A stretch of DNA of 64,000 nucleotides from an uncultured Pelagibacteraceae bacterium (GTDB lineage: Bacteria > Pseudomonadota > Alphaproteobacteria > Pelagibacterales > Pelagibacteraceae): positions 328-64,327 of the forward strand of contig CACMVB010000005.1 of the NCBI GenBank assembly GCA_902617025.1, given 5' to 3'. Of the stretch, positions 60,348 through 64,000 are shown piece by piece (position 1 is the stretch's first letter; every line of letters begins with the position of its first letter). The position numbers were made by a program, and so were the translations under genes. The notes below the pieces were generated by a model that saw nothing but the letters and a program-made list of their open reading frames with translations, was not told the DNA's origin and did no database searches.

Positions 60348-62626
60348 CTCGAATAATCGATAACATCAGACGAGTAAGCAGCTATTGAAGCTAGATTTAA
60401 AATTTCAGACGTGCTAGCTCTGAGGGGTGCTACTTCGATTGGAGATCCTAAACCAATTAAAAGTGGCCCTATTAATTTTCCTCCACCGAATACTTTCATC
60501 AGTTTTGTTGATATTGCAGCACTATGTAGCGCGGGCATAATCAAAATATTGGCATTACCTACTATTTTTGAAAATGGGTAAATTTCTTTATAAACCGGAT
60601 TCAATGCCACATCAGGCTGCATTTCACCGTCAAAATCAAAATCAACTCTCTGACTTTTCAGTAGCTCAATTGCATCTCTTACATGTTTGGTGTTTTTTGA
60701 GATAGGCTTTCCAAAAGTAGAATGAGATAAAAAAGCAACTTTTGGATCAAATCCAAATAATCTAGCAACTCTTACACATGATTTTGAAACTTTCACTAAT
60801 CTTTCAGGAGAAGGAAAATCTTGTACGTTTGTATCTGCAACTAAAATTGTTTTACCTTTTAAAGTGATCATGGTCATACCAAAAATTTCTTCCCCAGGTC
60901 TAGGGTCTGTTACTTTTTTTAACTTTTCTATTGATGCAGCGTAATGCCTTATATTTCCTGTTACCATTGCATCTGCATCTTTACATGCAATCATAGATGC
61001 CCCCCATGCAATACGTTCGTTACGAACTAGACGGTCAACATCTCTTTCTAATTGACCCTCTCTTTGAAGTCTTTTATATAAATGTTTGACATATTTCTCA
61101 CGTTTCTCTTTATCCGTAGAATTTACAATTTTGATTTTATAATTTTCGTCTAGACCAATATTTTTTAATTGTTCTTTAATCCTTTTTTCTGCACCGATTA
61201 AAATTGGTGTACCCAATTTATTTTTTCCAAATTCAATAGCTGCTTTCAACATGTTTTCATCTTCACCCTCTGCAAATATAACTCTTTTGGGATTTTTTCT
61301 TACTTTTGCATTTATCCCTTGCATTAATGACATTGTTGGATCTAGCCGATTAGTCAGTTGATCTTTATAAAGTTCTATGTCTAAAAGCTCTTTTCTTGCT
61401 ACACCACTTTTCATAGCTGCTTGAGCAACAGCAGAGGGAATTACACTTATGAGTCTTGGATCAAATGTTGATGGAATAATATAATCTTTACCATACCTCG
61501 GTCTGTCACCTCCATAAGCTGAAACAACTTCATCTGGAACACTTTCTCTAGCCAGAAGAGCAATAGCGTTTGCAGCTGCAACTTTCATTTCCTCATTAAT
61601 CTCTTTTGCTCGGACATCAAGCGCCCCTCTAAAAATATACGGGAATCCAATTAAATTATTTACCTGATTAGGATAATCAGATCTTCCAGTTGCAATGATC
61701 GCATCAGATCTAACTTCTTCTATAAGCTCAGGTTTAATCTCTGGGTCAGGATTAGCGCAAGCAAAAATTATCGGATTTTTTGACATCGATTTGACCATAT
61801 CTTTTGTCACAACATCTTTAGCGGATAAACCTAAAAATACATCTGCATCAACCATCGCTTCATTTAAATTTCTGAGTTTAGTATCCACAGCAAATGCTGA
61901 CTTGAACTGGTCGACATTTTTTCGTCCTTTATAAATAACTCCTTTACTATCACACATGATAATATTTTCCTTTTTTACTCCTGAGCTTATAAATAAATTT
62001 GCACAAGCTTGTGCTGAGGCACCAGCACCGTTTACGACAATTTTCACTTTGTCTATTCTCTTTTTTGAAATATCTAGCGCATTAATAAGTGCTGCGGTTG
62101 TTATAATTGCAGTTCCATGTTGGTCGTCATGAAAGATAGGAATATCCAGAATTTCTTTTAGCTTTTGCTCAATTATAAAACAATCAGGAGCTGCAATATC
62201 TTCTAGGTTAATGCCTCCAAAAGTGCCTCCAATATTTTTTATCGTCTCAATAATTGACTCAGGATTGTCGTTGTCAATTTCTATATCAATAGAATCTATG
62301 TCAGCAAATCTTTTAAACAATACAGATTTACCTTCCATTACAGGCTTTGAGGCCAAAGATCCTAAATTACCTAAACCTAATATTGCAGATCCATTACTAA
62401 TTACGGCAACTAAATTTCCTTTGCTAGTATAGTCATAAGCTAAATCAGGATTCTTAGCGATCTCTTTTACCGGTGCGGCCACCCCAGGAGAATATGCAAG
62501 CGAAAGATCCCTTTTAGTTGTTAAAGGCTTACTTGAATTAATCTCAATTTTGCCCGACTTCCCTTTTATATGAAAATCAAGTGCTTCTTTATCTGAATAA
62601 TGATCAATCTCTGTTTTCTTTGGCAT
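60344..62626 (-). CDS. maeB: NADP-dependent malic enzyme (malic enzyme + PTA-like domain)
   Basis: LSLAYSPGVA, FHDDQHGTAI, GAGA. and a C-terminal phosphate-acetyltransferase-like domain. 760 aa. Confidence 0.95.
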   Translation of the reverse strand: MPKKTEIDHYSDKEALDFHIKGKSGKIEINSSKPLTTKRDLSLAYSPGVAAPVKEIAKNPDLAYDYTSKGNLVAVISNGSAILGLGNLGSLASKPVMEGKSVLFKRFADIDSIDIEIDNDNPESIIETIKNIGGTFGGINLEDIAAPDCFIIEQKLKEILDIPIFHDDQHGTAIITTAALINALDISKKRIDKVKIVVNGAGASAQACANLFISSGVKKENIIMCDSKGVIYKGRKNVDQFKSAFAVDTKLRNLNEAMVDADVFLGLSAKDVVTKDMVKSMSKNPIIFACANPDPEIKPELIEEVRSDAIIATGRSDYPNQVNNLIGFPYIFRGALDVRAKEINEEMKVAAANAIALLARESVPDEVVSAYGGDRPRYGKDYIIPSTFDPRLISVIPSAVAQAAMKSGVARKELLDIELYKDQLTNRLDPTMSLMQGINAKVRKNPKRVIFAEGEDENMLKAAIEFGKNKLGTPILIGAEKRIKEQLKNIGLDENYKIKIVNSTDKEKREKYVKHLYKRLQREGQLERDVDRLVRNERIAWGASMIACKDADAMVTGNIRHYAASIEKLKKVTDPRPGEEIFGMTMITLKGKTILVADTNVQDFPSPERLVKVSKSCVRVARLFGFDPKVAFLSHSTFGKPISKNTKHVRDAIELLKSQRVDFDFDGEMQPDVALNPVYKEIYPFSKIVGNANILIMPALHSAAISTKLMKVFGGGKLIGPLLIGLGSPIEVAPLRASTSEILNLASIAAYSSDVIDYSS

Positions 62627-62696
62627 TTATTTTTATGAGTATGTAATATAAAGAAATTAAATTCACTATAAATTTATGGCTTAATTTAGATCATTT

Positions 62697-64000
62697 ATGA
62701 ACTTACTTTTTTCAACTTCAATATTTAGTTTTTTTACGATTATCAGTAGAATTTTGGGCTACTTAAGAGATATTTTAATAGCCATTTTCCTTGGGGCCTC
62801 TATTTTTGCAGATGCATTTTTCGTAGCTTTTAGACTTCCAAATACTTTTAGGCGTTTATTTGCTGAGGGCACTTTTAATGCTGCTTTTATACCAAGCTAC
62901 ACATCAGAAAAAGTTAAAAGCAAAAAAAAGGGTAAAATTTTTGCAGATGAAGTTCTAAGTTATATTACGTTTATTTTACTTTTAATTGTAACTATCGCTG
63001 AAATATTTACACCTTACTTAGTTCATCTAATCGCTCCAGGCTTTGTATCTGATGATTTGAAATTTAATTTGGCTGTAGAGCTTACAAGAATTACATTTCC
63101 GTTTCTCTTATTTGTAAGCCTATCATCCTTTTTCTCGGGAATATTAAATTCAAATAATAAATTTGCGGCTGCAGCTGCAGCACCAATAATTTTAAATTTA
63201 ATTTTGATAATGGGTATTTTAATTGCTTATTTCCAAAATTTTAATATTGCAAAGCAACTTTCTTATGGAGTCACGTTAGCAGGAATTATTCAATTAATAT
63301 TTTTGATTTTTTTTACACTTAATTTTTATAAACCGAATTTTAAATTAAATTTTAAAATTTCTAGTAAGGTGAAATTTTTTTTTAAAAAATTGTTACCAAG
63401 CATTTTTTCATCTGGTGTTACTCAAATTAATATTTTGGTTGGAACTATAATCGCATCATTTCAGTCAGGTGCAGTTTCATACCTATATTATGCAGACAGA
63501 ATTTATCAAATTAATTTAGCTATTGCCGGGATTGCAGTGGGAACAGTTTCTTTACCAGCATTATCTAAGGCGTTTAAGTTAAAAGATTTTTTAAAAGTTT
63601 CAAATATACAAAATAAATCAATACAATTATCTTTATTACTCTCAATTCCAGCTAGTCTAGGTTTAATAATTGCGTCTGAAGAAATAGTAAACGGACTATT
63701 CGGATATGGTTCTTTTACTTTCAAAGATGTGGAAATGACATCTGACGCTCTAATGTTTTTTGGTTATGGTATTATAGCATTCGCATTAATTAAAATTTTT
63801 TCTAACTTTTTTTTTGCAAGGGATAATACAAAGACTCCATTTTATATTTCGTCATTTGTAGTTTTTTTAAATGTTTTGATAAGTGTGAGTTTTTTTGATC
63901 AATTTGGCTTCCTAATTATCCCTATTGCAACTTCTATTTCTACGTGGATTGGTGTTTTAATTTTTTTGTATGTTTTAAAAAAAAGGAATTATTTGTTTTT
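62697..64000 (+). CDS. murJ: Lipid II flippase MurJ (MviN), 3' end outside window
   Basis: My own translation from ATG 62697 is open to the window end: MNLLFSTSIFSFFTIISRILGYLRDILIAIFLGAS..ADAFFVAFRLPN.FRRLFAEG.FNAAFIP..., the MurJ N-terminal signature. It is absent from the ORF track because no stop lies in the window. Confidence 0.9.
   Translation, partial: MNLLFSTSIFSFFTIISRILGYLRDILIAIFLGASIFADAFFVAFRLPNTFRRLFAEGTFNAAFIPSYTSEKVKSKKKGKIFADEVLSYITFILLLIVTIAEIFTPYLVHLIAPGFVSDDLKFNLAVELTRITFPFLLFVSLSSFFSGILNSNNKFAAAAAAPIILNLILIMGILIAYFQNFNIAKQLSYGVTLAGIIQLIFLIFFTLNFYKPNFKLNFKISSKVKFFFKKLLPSIFSSGVTQINILVGTIIASFQSGAVSYLYYADRIYQINLAIAGIAVGTVSLPALSKAFKLKDFLKVSNIQNKSIQLSLLLSIPASLGLIIASEEIVNGLFGYGSFTFKDVEMTSDALMFFGYGIIAFALIKIFSNFFFARDNTKTPFYISSFVVFLNVLISVSFFDQFGFLIIPIATSISTWIGVLIFLYVLKKRNYLF

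Noticed and set aside
184-63724. About 45 tracked ORFs of 60-165 aa lying antisense or out of frame within the large genes. Examples: 184-522, 3888-4241, 5948-6157, 6609-6911, 10054-10296, 10404-10616, 10560-10808, 13537-13830, 15052-15243, 17999-18190, 18581-18916, 19531-19740, 22284-22523, 23171-23374, 23968-24306, 24762-24986, 25339-25527, 26151-26354, 26838-27113, 27467-27676, 27823-28116, 28450-28869, 29248-29451, 30741-30947, 30972-31463, 35087-35347, 38601-38792, 42482-42712, 44399-44587, 45282-45467, 47560-47784, 50357-50584, 51715-51918, 53970-54218, 54239-54481, 54675-54950, 54993-55265, 56137-56331, 56352-56564, 57405-57623, 58563-58787, 61695-61934, 62211-62432, 63506-63724
   Set aside because: Each is fully embedded in a gene with a strong family assignment on the other strand or frame. 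Their translations are low-complexity (S/L/F/I-rich) without recognisable motifs, as expected for shadow ORFs in AT-rich DNA with few stop codons in some antisense frames.
1-64000. Defence systems, toxin-antitoxin pairs, prophage, insertion sequences, CRISPR arrays, secondary-metabolite clusters
   Set aside because: Every ORF longer than about 100 aa except one (9899-10540) has a housekeeping-type assignment. I noticed no long direct or inverted repeats, integrase or transposase motifs, or repeat-spacer arrays on either strand.

Overview
AT-rich (roughly 30% G+C by eye), extremely gene-dense alphaproteobacterial chromosome segment. Gene content, synteny and the near absence of intergenic DNA suggest a streamlined SAR11/Pelagibacterales-type genome (inference). 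I call about 75 protein genes and one tRNA (Gly-GCC). I see no rRNA, CRISPR, transposase, integrase or phage genes. Content is almost entirely housekeeping: argG, folD, hemC-hemD, tsaD, acs plus a DUF4212/sodium:solute symporter pair, rpe, purH, rho, hemJ-hemH-hemE, maf-aroE-coaE-dnaQ, secB, hslVU, hisBHAFE, ftsK-lolA, mnmE-mnmG-rsmG-parA-parB, holA-lptE-leuS, a porin, yggS, nth, dapB, grpE-dnaK-dnaJ, rdgB, rsmI, maeB and the 5' part of murJ. The window spans the canonical alphaproteobacterial replication-origin neighbourhood: hemE, a 275-bp AT-rich spacer, then the DUF299/RP001-type gene, with parAB about 19 kb away and two parS-like palindromes inside rsmG. I did not find a convincing novel multi-gene system such as a defence island, toxin-antitoxin pair or mobile element, and this looks like core genome. 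Five features stand out. (1) acs carries a ~60-residue polylysine/arginine N-terminal extension. (2) An unannotated 35-codon ORF resembles a minimal ArfA ribosome-rescue factor and is start/stop-coupled to an atypical OmpR-type regulator. (3) A 55-codon two-helix membrane ORF is wedged between dnaJ and dapB. (4) Two divergent gene pairs have start codons that abut or overlap (CATATG, ATGCAT). (5) A sigma32-type promoter lies in front of dnaK. All family assignments come from reading the translations and recalling family motifs; no searches were run.
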